In this document: in pieces, positions 19,844-29,597 of the stretch | Layout: the number at the start of each line of letters is the position of its first letter | How positions within the stretch are numbered: position 1 is the first letter of the stretch | NCBI GenBank assembly: GCA_016935985.1 | Contig: JAFGPW010000002.1 | Span: 65,991 to 129,990, forward strand | Reading direction: 5' to 3' | DNA length: 64,000 nt | Origin: Candidatus Woesearchaeota archaeon | GTDB lineage: Archaea > Nanobdellota > Nanobdellia > Woesearchaeales > JAFGPW01 | The notes under the pieces: generated by a model | Told to the model about the DNA's origin: nothing | Database searches by the model: none | Seen by the model: the letters and a program-made list of their open reading frames with translations, nothing else | Made by a program: the position numbers and the translations under genes

Positions 19844-20239
19844 TCACCTTCCCTTCTGTTTTATGAGATTGCAGTACTCGTCGATCGCCGCGAACACCTT
19901 CGGCACGTCGTCGAGCAGCCGCGGCTTCGCGAGGAAGATCTCCCAGGCCTCGTACCCGGGCGCGTGCCTGCCGGAAAGCGAGAATATGCCGATGCCCTTC
20001 CCTTCGTACACCAGCACCAAGCCATTGTCCGTCCAGTTGGTGACCGGCGAGTCGGCGATACCCTGCATACTGATGGTGGAACGCATGGCAGCATTCATCT
20101 CATGCCTGTGGTCTGCCCCCGCATCAGGGACGCCGAGGATCTCATATTTCGCCTCCAGCGTGTAGAACAGGCCGCCGTGCTCCATCACGAAGCACGTGAG
20201 GTTCCTGTTCTCCCGCGCGAGCTTCTCAAGGTCGTGCAT
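19844..20239 (-). CDS. Hypothetical protein
   Basis: 131-aa ORF with GGTGA RBS in the same operon. Confidence 0.65.
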   Translation of the reverse strand: MHDLEKLARENRNLTCFVMEHGGLFYTLEAKYEILGVPDAGADHRHEMNAAMRSTISMQGIADSPVTNWTDNGLVLVYEGKGIGIFSLSGRHAPGYEAWEIFLAKPRLLDDVPKVFAAIDEYCNLIKQKGR

Positions 20240-20245
20240 CTCTCA

Positions 20246-21328
20246 TCACCTCAGCGTGTAGTCGAGCGTGATCCACGCGTCCGCCTGCCTGGTGCGGGCG
20301 TTGTAGTTCGCCTCGACCTTCGCGTCGAGGTCGCCGACGCTCGTGGTCGTGTAGTAGGACGCGACAAGGCCGGTGTCGGTGGTCTTCCCGGTCCACTGCG
20401 TCTCGGCGCCGAGGCCGATCATGCCCACGGCGGTCTGCACGCCGGGCAGCGCCTTGACGGTCATCGAGCCGTCGTCGCCGGAAAGGTCGAGCCCGAGCGA
20501 GTACGTGCCCTTCGTCATCGGCGGCGGGAGGTGGGTGTCGTAGAAGGACGGCACGGTGAAGATGCGTGCGACGTTGTGGGCGTTCTTCGTCGTGTAGAAC
20601 CCCTCCTGCTTCTTCCCCGCGCCGATCCGGTTCTTGATGTGCCAGACACCGGTCTCGCGGTCATGCTTGTACCAGGTGAGCGTCCCGAGCGCGTCGCTCC
20701 CCGTGTAGAACGCGAAGACGCTCGTCGCGTTGATGGTATTCCCAATCGAGAGGAACGCGTCGTCGGTGGATCCCGCGACGAAGCCGAAGAGCCTATTCCT
20801 CTCCTCGCCGGTCGCGCGGTCCTTCGCCATGAGCGCCGCGTCGGCGTAGAGCGTGAGCGGTCCCGCCTTCACGCCCTCGAGCATGCCGTAGACATAGCTC
20901 CTGCCCGGGCCGTGCTGCTGCACGCTCATGCCGTAGTCGAGAGCGGCGGTCGCGTCGCCGACAGGCAGGCGTATCCAGGAGAAGCCCCATGTCTCGTCGT
21001 TCCCGTCGTAGTTGCCGAGGTTGACCACCGCGAGGTTCATGCTGCGCCTGCCGTCGGAGAGCACGTCCATGACGTAGAGGCCGGCCTTGTCGATCGTCCG
21101 GTCGCCCTTCGCCAGGTCGAAGCCGGCGTCGTATCGGAGCTGCACCTTGTCGCCGGTCACCCAGACGCGCTGGTACGGGAGCCCTTCCTTCTTCTCATTC
21201 TCTACGAACGAGGTCTCGCTATGCACCCTGTCGAGCACCGGCTTCGCTTCCGTCTGCGCCTGCGCGCCGGTGGCGATCGTATACACTGCCGCTGCGGTGA
21301 GCAGCGCCTTCTTGAGCATGTTCATCAT
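20246..21328 (-). CDS. Secreted beta-strand-rich protein
   Basis: Signal peptide ending AQA; amphipathic strands rich in Gly/Tyr/Thr. Confidence 0.7.
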   Translation of the reverse strand: MMNMLKKALLTAAAVYTIATGAQAQTEAKPVLDRVHSETSFVENEKKEGLPYQRVWVTGDKVQLRYDAGFDLAKGDRTIDKAGLYVMDVLSDGRRSMNLAVVNLGNYDGNDETWGFSWIRLPVGDATAALDYGMSVQQHGPGRSYVYGMLEGVKAGPLTLYADAALMAKDRATGEERNRLFGFVAGSTDDAFLSIGNTINATSVFAFYTGSDALGTLTWYKHDRETGVWHIKNRIGAGKKQEGFYTTKNAHNVARIFTVPSFYDTHLPPPMTKGTYSLGLDLSGDDGSMTVKALPGVQTAVGMIGLGAETQWTGKTTDTGLVASYYTTTSVGDLDAKVEANYNARTRQADAWITLDYTLR

Positions 21329-21466
21329 CGTATCACCTGGTATGATTATTACTACCCGGTAGGTACAATGAAAGAAGTATAAACCTTACGTATAAACTAT
21401 ATATATTTAATTTTATGTTTAAACAAATCGATAGGTTTATATATAAATAAACCCCTTAGGCATGCC

Positions 21467-22387
21467 ATGAGACGCAGACTCATCAGGCAGGGGCAGACCA
21501 CGCTCATGGTGAGCATCCCCGCCCGCTGGGCGAAGGCGAGGAACCTCGGCAAGGGAGCCGAGGTCGAGATAGCGGAGAAGGAGGGCGACCTCATCATCAG
21601 CGCGGAGGGGAAGGACATCAAGCGTGAGGCTGCCTTCTCGCTCGCGAGCGCCCAGGAAACGTCGGTCCGCACCGCAGTCACGAACGCCTACCGGCTCGGC
21701 TTCGACCGGGTGACGATCGACCTCACCGGCGAAACGCAGTTCCCCATCGTGCAGAAGACCGTCCGGGACCTCCTGCCCGGCTTCGATGTCGTATCGCATG
21801 GGGAAGGGCGCTGCATCATCGAGAACATCACCGAGCCGTCGGCCGAACGGGCGGATGCGGTGTTCAGGAAGATCCTCTATAGCATCGAGGAGATCTACTC
21901 GCTCGTGCGGAGGCATCTCCAAGGGAGCGACGTCACCGCCGGGATCCTCGAGGTCGAGGCGACGATCCAGCGCTACGACAACTTCTGCAGGCGGATCGCG
22001 TCGAAGTCAGCGGATCCGTCGGAACCGACGCAGCTCCTCTGGGCCTTCTACACCGGGCTCGTCCACGGCCAGCGCGAGGTCTTCCTCCTCGTCAAGCGGC
22101 CCGCGAAGGCATCACAGGAGACGCTCGCGCTCTTCGATGGCATGAGCAAGCTCTTCGTGATGCTGAAAGAGGGCTATATCAAGAAGGACCTCTCGCTCCT
22201 GGAGCGCATCCATGAGGAGGAGAAGCGGCTCGTCTACGAGGAGGGGTATCCCCTGCTCGAGAGGAAGCGCGGCGAGGAGTCGGTGCTCCTCTTCCGCATC
22301 ATCGCGGCTGTACGGTTCCTGTACCTGGCTTCAAGCCCGCTGATCGGCCTCCTGCTGTGGCGGTCGCGGCAGGACGCTCCGGCATGA
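21467..22387 (+). CDS. AbrB-PhoU family phosphate uptake regulator-like protein
   Basis: RRLIRQGQTTLMVSIPARW AbrB N-terminus, AYRLGFD, helical PhoU-like region. Confidence 0.82.
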   Translation: MRRRLIRQGQTTLMVSIPARWAKARNLGKGAEVEIAEKEGDLIISAEGKDIKREAAFSLASAQETSVRTAVTNAYRLGFDRVTIDLTGETQFPIVQKTVRDLLPGFDVVSHGEGRCIIENITEPSAERADAVFRKILYSIEEIYSLVRRHLQGSDVTAGILEVEATIQRYDNFCRRIASKSADPSEPTQLLWAFYTGLVHGQREVFLLVKRPAKASQETLALFDGMSKLFVMLKEGYIKKDLSLLERIHEEEKRLVYEEGYPLLERKRGEESVLLFRIIAAVRFLYLASSPLIGLLLWRSRQDAPA

Positions 22388-24347
22388 CGACCTGATAGTG
22401 CGTCGTGCGGTACTCAGGGCTGTACGTGAGGTTCGGGATGAGCTTCGGCATCCGGTCCCAGCGGACCTTCCCTTCCTCATCCGTCATCTCATAGAGCGCG
22501 ATCGCATCGTCGATGAGGCGCTGCTTCTCGGCCGGAAGGTAGCGGTAGTAGCCCTCGTTGACCGTGAACGCTCCCTTGGTGGTGTCATCCACCACGATGT
22601 ACGGCAGGTACCTGACATCGCCGCTCCGCTGCATCGCGGGAGCGATCTCGGTCTCGAAGTCGCAGAAGTACCGGACGATCGTCTCGACGACGTCGCGGTC
22701 AGGGTCCATGCAGAGCTTCATGTACTTCGTCGCGAAGGCGGACTGCACGTTGATGTTATCGTCGTCGGCGGCCATGCCGTGCGTGAGCTCGTCGGCGTAC
22801 CTGACGAAGATCCGGGGGACGAGCATCTGCGGCGTGCGCGCCTTCCGGTAGCTCTCGGGGAGGTCCTCCTTGTCCGCGATATAGGCCGCCCGCAGGACCG
22901 AGAGCATGAGGCGCCGATCCATGCCATGGATGCTCTCGACGAAGTTCCCGAGGTCCTCGAACACGCCCTCGAGACCATGCCGTCCGGCATCCTTGCCGTA
23001 CTGGCGCGAAACGTCCTCATAGCGTTCCCTGAGCAATTTCGCATCGTCGGCGATCACGCTCCACATGTACCTGCGCTCAGGGTCGCTGAGGTTCTGCCTG
23101 CTCCATTCCATGTAGCGCTCGTTCCGCATGACCTCGAAGAGAGACGGGCGCGGCTCCTTCTGGTTGCCGGTCCAGATGCTCCCCATGACGACGAGCCCGA
23201 AGACGCCGACGCCGGCGGCGACTCCTGCCGCCATCCTGAGAGACTCCTTCGCCTTGTTGAGCCAGTCGGCGGTCGTCGGCCTGCGGGTCTTCTCGAGGTC
23301 TGATATCAGCTGATCGATGCTCCAATACCCCTTGTCGCCGTCGAGGGTGAGCCCTTTGCGGATGATGGTGCGGTACTGGCGCGGCACCCTCCGCGCCGCG
23401 CGCTCGACCTCCTGCTCGTGGATCGCGTGGTCAATCGAGCCGATCGGCTCATCGCCTTTCAGGAGCGTGACGAAATAGTTGATGCCGCCGACCGTCCTGG
23501 TGACCCCCTTCTCTCCTGTCTTCAGCGTGTACTCTATCGGCGACTCGCCGACAAGCGCGTAGTACATGGTCGCGACTATCGAATAGATCTCGGTCCTGAG
23601 GTCGGCCTTCGCCTCCTTGCCCAGCATCAGCGCATTGATGAGCGTCGGGTGGGTGAACGGCGTGCCGCCGCGCGTCGGGTAGAACTCATGCTCGATCTCC
23701 TCGATCCGCTTGCAGTTCTGCAGGTCGATGATCTTGACGAGGTCCTGGTCGTTGACGAGCATGTTCGACGGCTTGTGGTCGCGGTGCAGGATGCCGTTGT
23801 CGACGAGATGCTTCGCTCCCTCGATGTACTGCCTAAAGATTTGGTAGAACCGGTCGGTGTCGCGTATCGGCCCTGACTGCTTGACGAGCGATTCGAGCGA
23901 TTTCGCGTTCTTGAAGTACTGCTCGGCCACGATGTCGGTCCCCTCGAACTCGAGATGCTCGACCACGTCGATGATGTTCGGGTGCGAGAGGACGCTCCCG
24001 AAGTGCACCTCGTTCTGGTAGACATTGCCCTTCGAGAGGTTGAGGATCGTGGTGAAGGACGAGCCGGGAATCTCGGCGAGCGGGATCTTGAGCACGCGCA
24101 GCGCGTTGTACTTGCCTGAGGCGTAGTTCGCCAGGTACACCTTGCTCGTGTGCCCTTCCTCCTTCCCGAGCTCGCCGTCATCGATGAGCGTATACCCTCT
24201 CAGGGTGAGGAACTCTATGAGCTCCTGCTTGAGGAACGGATGCGGCGCATGGGTGTCGTGCGCATGCCTGCCTGCTCTCTCTCTCCTCTCGAGCCGGGGG
24301 ATCGTCGCCTCGAGCGTCGTATGGTCCTCGAAGGGCTGGAATCTCAT
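22299..24347 (-). CDS. Membrane-spanning Hanks-type Ser/Thr protein kinase
   Basis: VLK, HPNII, LHRDHKPSN, IIDLQ (atypical DFG position), then a TM segment and a C-terminal domain. Confidence 0.85.
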   Translation of the reverse strand: MRFQPFEDHTTLEATIPRLERRERAGRHAHDTHAPHPFLKQELIEFLTLRGYTLIDDGELGKEEGHTSKVYLANYASGKYNALRVLKIPLAEIPGSSFTTILNLSKGNVYQNEVHFGSVLSHPNIIDVVEHLEFEGTDIVAEQYFKNAKSLESLVKQSGPIRDTDRFYQIFRQYIEGAKHLVDNGILHRDHKPSNMLVNDQDLVKIIDLQNCKRIEEIEHEFYPTRGGTPFTHPTLINALMLGKEAKADLRTEIYSIVATMYYALVGESPIEYTLKTGEKGVTRTVGGINYFVTLLKGDEPIGSIDHAIHEQEVERAARRVPRQYRTIIRKGLTLDGDKGYWSIDQLISDLEKTRRPTTADWLNKAKESLRMAAGVAAGVGVFGLVVMGSIWTGNQKEPRPSLFEVMRNERYMEWSRQNLSDPERRYMWSVIADDAKLLRERYEDVSRQYGKDAGRHGLEGVFEDLGNFVESIHGMDRRLMLSVLRAAYIADKEDLPESYRKARTPQMLVPRIFVRYADELTHGMAADDDNINVQSAFATKYMKLCMDPDRDVVETIVRYFCDFETEIAPAMQRSGDVRYLPYIVVDDTTKGAFTVNEGYYRYLPAEKQRLIDDAIALYEMTDEEGKVRWDRMPKLIPNLTYSPEYRTTHYQVVMPERPAATATAGGRSAGLKPGTGTVQPR

Positions 24348-24490
24348 CTCGGCACCTCCGTGGCTGAGCGTATCGCCTGCTCGAAGGCGTGGCTGCGGTT
24401 CCTGAAGCGCCCGCTCCTGATGCCTTCACCTACCATGAGCAGGGTCTCCTCATCGACCGAGATAGAGATCTTATATTTCTTAACTACCAT
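24344..24490 (-). CDS. Ribbon-helix-helix (CopG-like) protein (48 aa)
   Basis: Not in the ORF track. MVVKKYKISISVDEETLLMV...GRFRNRSHAFEQAI; ATGA overlap with the kinase start. Confidence 0.78.
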   Translation of the reverse strand: MVVKKYKISISVDEETLLMVGEGIRSGRFRNRSHAFEQAIRSATEVPR

Positions 24491-24746
24491 TTGGTAGCAA
24501 ATAGTACTACTACTATTTAAATATTTCTATAATTAATCACTTTTTAGGGACAAAAAATGGTGCCGGTGCCTCATCATCCCCCCTACCAGGAGAAACTCTG
24601 TCCTCCATCGACTGGAAAGATACAGATAGGTACTGGATAATCTTATTTAGATATCGCTCACTGGCCGGGCAGCTCGAGATCCCTTTCCTCCCTGCGCTTG
24701 ATCGCTATCGCGCCGCCGCGACCGTCGTCAGCACGGCTTCTGCGTA

Positions 24747-25103
24747 TCACCCGTGTCCGGCGCATGCCTCCTCATAGAGGGCGTCCCGCGCCTCTCCTGC
24801 CTGCCATGCATGGAGGATGTCGGCTGCCCGCTCTCCGAGGGAGACCATCACCCTGACCCCTGCCTTCCCGAAAACCGTCACCGCATTCCTTCCAAGGCCG
24901 TGGCAGAGCACCACATCCGGCCTGAGGGAAAGGCACTGCTCCGCCGGCGTCGCGCTGCCGCCATGATGGCGTCCCGCGTTCTCGACGGTCTCGATGACCC
25001 TCCCTTTCTCATCGACCACAGTGAACGAGCCGCACCTTCCGAGATGGCTTGCGACCGGAGCGTCTTCGCCGCCAGCTCCATCAGTCGGTATGAGTATCCT
25101 CAT
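24747..25103 (-). CDS. NifB/NifX family Fe-Mo cofactor-binding domain protein
   Basis: MRILIPT..VASHLGRC..DVVLCHGLGRNA. Confidence 0.85.
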   Translation of the reverse strand: MRILIPTDGAGGEDAPVASHLGRCGSFTVVDEKGRVIETVENAGRHHGGSATPAEQCLSLRPDVVLCHGLGRNAVTVFGKAGVRVMVSLGERAADILHAWQAGEARDALYEEACAGHG

Positions 25104-25467
25104 CTGGTCCTCCCCTCCATCCTCGTCGCCTCCGGTGGCCGTTCCCGTGTCGCCTGCCGGACATCGGCGGCTCGCCGGTCACGACGAACTCGCCTCCCCC
25201 GATACGCAGCGCCTTGCCGTTCACAAGAGCGTCGGCGACCTTCCCGTGGGCCGCCTGGAGCAGGCGATGGAAGGTCGGCTGGGATATCCCCATCTTCCCG
25301 GCAGCCTCCTCCTGATCGAGCCCCTCCAGGTCCTTGAGCCTGAGCGCTTCGAACTCGTCGACCGACAGTATGACCTCTCCCATCCCGCGCAACGGTATCC
25401 CCGCAGGCTTGAAATAGGTGACGTGAGGGTCCATCCCGATCCTCCTGCACCGTCGCGGCCGTGGCAT
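25081..25467 (-). CDS. DUF134 DNA-binding protein
   Basis: MPRPRRCRRI..YFKPAGIP..EFEALRLKD..MGISQPTFHR. Confidence 0.88.
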   Translation of the reverse strand: MPRPRRCRRIGMDPHVTYFKPAGIPLRGMGEVILSVDEFEALRLKDLEGLDQEEAAGKMGISQPTFHRLLQAAHGKVADALVNGKALRIGGGEFVVTGEPPMSGRRHGNGHRRRRGWRGGPDEDTHTD

Positions 25468-26015
25468 CACGCTCCCTCCTCGTCTGTTCCCGCATCGGTA
25501 TCGTCTTCGGAGGCATGTTCTCGCGGCGTCCCGTCGGACGCCCTGCCGGACTCTGTCCCTGACCCCTTGCCGATCCCCTGATACTCCTCGCATGCGGGAT
25601 TCCTTCCCTTCTGCGCCCGCACGCCCTTGCCTGAACCGTCCTGGGCAGGGATGCCATATCCGCTCCCGGACTCCTGCTCTTCATATGTCGCGGCGATGAG
25701 ATCCCCATCAATGTACTCCTTTTTAACAGTATCGATAGGCGTGCCTGGCCGGATGTTGATGATCCGTCTCCTCGCGTTCTCCGGTCCCTCCATCTCGCCG
25801 ATGACGATCGCCTCGCAGCCGTCATAGGACTCATCGACAAGGTCCTGGAGCTCACGGCCGGGATTGCCGGTCTGCGGGCGGTGTGGCCTGTTCCTCATCG
25901 TCCCGTCCCGATAGATTATCTCGAGGCTGTCGATGTCGCGCGCATGCCCGGCGACGACATAACCCTGCCTTCCTTGGCGAGCTCCGACGACGATGTAAGG
26001 CACTGTATCACCCAC
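25467..26015 (-). CDS. Hypothetical protein, possibly a divergent NifX-like fold
   Basis: Operon position and weak VAGH/AIVIGEM similarity. Confidence 0.5.
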   Translation of the reverse strand: MGDTVPYIVVGARQGRQGYVVAGHARDIDSLEIIYRDGTMRNRPHRPQTGNPGRELQDLVDESYDGCEAIVIGEMEGPENARRRIINIRPGTPIDTVKKEYIDGDLIAATYEEQESGSGYGIPAQDGSGKGVRAQKGRNPACEEYQGIGKGSGTESGRASDGTPREHASEDDTDAGTDEEGA

Positions 26016-26529
26016 CGGTAACGCCTCCGAGCCGGTCGATCGCGAGGCCCTGGACGATGGCGAGCATGATGATCCCTGCTGAGAAGACGGCGGCGTACCA
26101 CGCGCCGAAATAGAGGATCATCACCGGCAGCAGAGCCGGCTTGACCGCGCGCGCGTAGAGGAAGCCGGCGATCCTGCCCTCGCTCACCCCCTCCCCCTTC
26201 GCATGGGCGAGCGCCGGGAACCAGGCATAGAGGGGCCCGGCGCTCACGATGCCGGAGAGCAGGATGAGCATCCATCCGCGCGCTCCCGAACCTGCGCCGA
26301 GCAGCCTTTTCAATGCTTTCGGGTCAAGCCATCGGTCGAGCGCCACCAGGATCGCGAAGACCATGGCAAAGGGCGGCAGGATGCGCAGGGCCATCCCTGC
26401 TGCCGTCTGTAACGCCTGCCCGAGCAGTTGCGGATCGGAAAGGCCGGTCACGGCATAGGCGCAGAGGACGACGCTCGCGAGGATGATGGTCGCATGTGGC
26501 CTTTTCCGCGACCAGGGCTGGGGTGTCAT
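26008..26529 (-). CDS. Permease half (DUF318/ArsP-like)
   Basis: SAGPLYAWFP motif, hydrophobic. Confidence 0.75.
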   Translation of the reverse strand: MTPQPWSRKRPHATIILASVVLCAYAVTGLSDPQLLGQALQTAAGMALRILPPFAMVFAILVALDRWLDPKALKRLLGAGSGARGWMLILLSGIVSAGPLYAWFPALAHAKGEGVSEGRIAGFLYARAVKPALLPVMILYFGAWYAAVFSAGIIMLAIVQGLAIDRLGGVTGG

Positions 26530-26945
26530 AGGATCCCTCCAAGAAGGCCTATGAGGATGCCGCCGGCGAGCGAGAGGAGGAATGCGCCCGCGTTGCGCAT
26601 GAGGGCGAACCTTCTGCCGAGCGCTACGGCCTCGGCCGGCAGGGTGATGATCCCTACCGTCACCCAGGCGAGCATGAATGATGTGACCGCGATGATCCCG
26701 ATCCCCTTGCCGAGCATCTCGCCGCCGATGACATAGCTCGTCACCGGATTGCCGGCGAGAACGCTTCCGAGCGCGCTCCCGATGAGCGCGTCAGCGAATG
26801 GCTCGCCCCAGAAGAGCGAGACGAGCCGATCCCGGGGGATGATGGTGAGGAGCAGCGCTATCGCAAGCACCGTAAGGGCTGTGGGGACGAGCAGCCTGCC
26901 GAACTGCCGTCCGGCCCTCCTCGCTGACGCGAGGATGCGGTCCAT
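26526..26945 (-). CDS. Permease half (DUF318/ArsP-like)
   Basis: GNPVTSYVIGGE and WVTVGIITLPAE motifs. Confidence 0.75.
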   Translation of the reverse strand: MDRILASARRAGRQFGRLLVPTALTVLAIALLLTIIPRDRLVSLFWGEPFADALIGSALGSVLAGNPVTSYVIGGEMLGKGIGIIAVTSFMLAWVTVGIITLPAEAVALGRRFALMRNAGAFLLSLAGGILIGLLGGIL

Positions 26946-26946
26946 C

Positions 26947-27198
26947 CTACCCTTTCCCCTCGAGCTTCTTGAGCCGAGACTCCATCTCGCGCTTGCTGTC
27001 CTCGAGCTCCTTGAGATCGGCCATGAGGGAAGCCTTCTCTTCCTCCTCGGTCAGTCGCCGAGCGGTCGGGTACGCGTCCCTATCGAGGTAGCGCCGGCCG
27101 CGTCCGAAGCCGCGGGCACGGCCGCCGCCGCATGGGCCCATCCCCCGTCCTGTCATCGGACCCATCCTATCGGGTCCGGTCCTGTCGAATCCTGGCAT
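26947..27198 (-). CDS. DUF5320 family protein
   Basis: MPGFDRTGP..GPMTGRGMGPC plus a C-terminal coiled coil. Confidence 0.85.
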   Translation of the reverse strand: MPGFDRTGPDRMGPMTGRGMGPCGGGRARGFGRGRRYLDRDAYPTARRLTEEEEKASLMADLKELEDSKREMESRLKKLEGKG

Positions 27199-27297
27199 TG
27201 TATATCACCTCCCAAGATTGTATTATGAATATATATTCATAACTACTATATTAAACTTGTGAATAGCTTTTTAAATGACCTCGCCTTCCGACCTCAG

Positions 27298-27771
27298 ATG
27301 AACCCCCTCACGCACTCGCTCGCCGCGGTCCTGTTCCTCTTCGGCCTCTATCGCGGCAGCGTCCCGCTCGCCGAGCTCTTCCTCTTCGGCATCGTCTTCT
27401 CGCTCCTCCCCGACCTCGACATCCTGATCGCCATCGCACGAGGGAAGAGCATGATGCACCTCCGCTCGTGGCTGCAGGAGCCGTTCGGCGTGCTCGCGGT
27501 GGCGGTCCCGATCGGTGCCGTCCTCTCGCTCATCCGTCCGGAATACTTCCTGATGACCGTCGTCCCGTACGGCAGCCACGTGATCATCGATTACCTCGCG
27601 CTGCACAAGGTGAAGCCGCTCGCGCCGTTCAGGGATGACACCTACTGGACCGGCTTCGTCATCGGCTGGCCGAGGGCGCCGTGGCACACCGGCGCGGAGA
27701 AGGGCATCCCTGAGAACTACCTCACCGCAGCGCTCCTCCTCGCGCTCTTTCTTTCGCTCTTCCTCACTTAG
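27298..27771 (+). CDS. Membrane-bound metal-dependent hydrolase (YdjM-like)
   Basis: LTH, LPDLD and SHVIID motifs. Confidence 0.8.
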   Translation: MNPLTHSLAAVLFLFGLYRGSVPLAELFLFGIVFSLLPDLDILIAIARGKSMMHLRSWLQEPFGVLAVAVPIGAVLSLIRPEYFLMTVVPYGSHVIIDYLALHKVKPLAPFRDDTYWTGFVIGWPRAPWHTGAEKGIPENYLTAALLLALFLSLFLT

Positions 27772-28598
27772 CTGCCCATGATGAGCGCGGGATTCGTGAG
27801 GAGCAGGATGCCGAGCACGAGCATGATGGCGCCGCCGACGAACTTGATCCACGCCATCTGGTCCTTTGTTATCTCCCTGCTCCTGAACGTCCATCCGAAG
27901 ACGAGGATGACGGCCGAGAGCGGCAGCACATAGACAAGATTGTAGAACGCGAGATAGGCGTAGTGGCCGAGGCCGGCTCCGAGCCCTTTGCCCGCGAGGA
28001 TGCTCGTGTAGATGATGGGGAAGCCCGCGGTGCACGGCAGCTCGACGAGCGAGGAGAACGCGGCGAGGAAGATCGAGGAGCCGATGAGCGCGGGAAGCGA
28101 CCCTTTCCTGATCACCTCCTTCATGTGCCCGATCCTCGCCATGAGGGGCGCCTTGTGCTTCTCCTGGATCATGAGGGTGATGCCCTTCCTGAACCAGATG
28201 AGCTCCTTGATGTTGATGAGGCCCGCAAGGATCGCGAGGGCGGCGATCGTGTAGCGCAGGGGATCGATGAAGCCGATATAGCGGAAGATGTTGAGCCACG
28301 CCGCCATGAACAGGAAGTAGATGAGATAGACCATCACCACGAACGAGAGGCCGATGATCAGGATGCGCCGCCTCGAGTGCGAGACCGACATCAGCAGGCC
28401 GAGCAGCAGGGTGAGGATGAAGAGCGTGCACGGGTTGAAGCCGTCGATGATCGCTATCGCGAAGGTGAAGAGCGGCAGCGGCATGCCGCTGCCGAGCCCC
28501 TCCATCGCAGCGGGGTCGACGCCCTTCAGCGCATAGAACAGGCCGACGATCGCGGCGAGCACGATGATGAGGATCATGGTCTTCTTCGTATTATCCAT
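27768..28598 (-). CDS. Cytochrome c biogenesis CcdA/DsbD-like membrane protein
   Basis: DGFNPC and ELPCTAGFP cysteine motifs. Confidence 0.85.
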   Translation of the reverse strand: MDNTKKTMILIIVLAAIVGLFYALKGVDPAAMEGLGSGMPLPLFTFAIAIIDGFNPCTLFILTLLLGLLMSVSHSRRRILIIGLSFVVMVYLIYFLFMAAWLNIFRYIGFIDPLRYTIAALAILAGLINIKELIWFRKGITLMIQEKHKAPLMARIGHMKEVIRKGSLPALIGSSIFLAAFSSLVELPCTAGFPIIYTSILAGKGLGAGLGHYAYLAFYNLVYVLPLSAVILVFGWTFRSREITKDQMAWIKFVGGAIMLVLGILLLTNPALIMGS

Positions 28599-28603
28599 CC
28601 GAT

Positions 28604-29032
28604 TCACCTCCGGTTGAACCTGTCGAAATACGCGGCGAAGGCGTCTCGGGACTGCCCGCCGATTACGACCTCGCAGCCGAAGATGGTGGTCGGCGTGAAC
28701 TGGATGTCGATCCCGAGCTCTGCGGTCCGATGCCTGCCCGCATCGGTCGAGACGTCGATCACCTCCAGGTCGACCCCCTTCTCGCGGGCGAGCTCCTCGA
28801 GCATCGGCTTGGCGACCGCGCAATGGCCGCAGTACCGGCTCTCGAGCATGATCACCGAACGAGCGATCTCAGCGGTGCAGGCGGCGGGCGGGAGCATGCC
28901 GTTCTGCATGATGACATAAGGCTGAATCCGCCCATCATCGCCGCCTGCACCGTACCCTGCGCAGCCGGAGACGAGGGACAGGGTGAGGAGGAAGACTGCC
29001 CATCCATATCTTGTGGTTTCGTGCAGCTTCAT
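28604..29032 (-). CDS. Thioredoxin/glutaredoxin-like lipoprotein
   Basis: Lipobox VSGC, CGHC and FTPT motifs. Confidence 0.8.
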   Translation of the reverse strand: MKLHETTRYGWAVFLLTLSLVSGCAGYGAGGDDGRIQPYVIMQNGMLPPAACTAEIARSVIMLESRYCGHCAVAKPMLEELAREKGVDLEVIDVSTDAGRHRTAELGIDIQFTPTTIFGCEVVIGGQSRDAFAAYFDRFNRR

Positions 29033-29102
29033 GGCGCATCACAAGGTTTATATGCTGACGGTTGTTCTGGATGAAACGATATATAAATCTTGGTTTCAAA
29101 AA

Positions 29103-29597
29103 ATGAAACAGGAGATCCACGACCGGCTGTTCATGAAGGGCCTCTTCCTCGGGATTGCCGTCATCACGGGCTTCATCTTCATCGTGGTTTTCTCGAGCCT
29201 CTATGTCTCTGACGCCATCCGGAACAACAATGCGTGCGGCTGCGTCATCCCCATCCCCTATATGATCATCATCCTCTCCTCGCTCGGGCTCTTTGTCGGC
29301 AGCCTCTCATACTACATCATCGGCGCGAAGCATGTGCGCGACATGAGCCGGATCGGCCGGGACGTGAAAGCGACGCTTCGGTTCCTCCCGCCTGATGAGC
29401 GTGTGGTCATCGACGCGCTGATCAGCCAGCAGGGTTCGATGCGGCAGTCGGCGATTGCCGCAACGACCGGCCTGGACAAGGTCAGGGTCCACCGGGTCAT
29501 CGGCCGGCTCGAATCGAAGCGGATCGTCGAGAAGACCGATGAGGGCGCTTGCAAGCGCGTGTCCCTGATCCCCGACCTCATCGAGGTGTTCGGCTAG
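29103..29597 (+). CDS. Membrane-anchored winged-HTH protein
   Basis: Two TM segments, then LPPDER..QSAIAATTGLDKVRVHRVIGRLE. Confidence 0.8.
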   Translation: MKQEIHDRLFMKGLFLGIAVITGFIFIVVFSSLYVSDAIRNNNACGCVIPIPYMIIILSSLGLFVGSLSYYIIGAKHVRDMSRIGRDVKATLRFLPPDERVVIDALISQQGSMRQSAIAATTGLDKVRVHRVIGRLESKRIVEKTDEGACKRVSLIPDLIEVFG

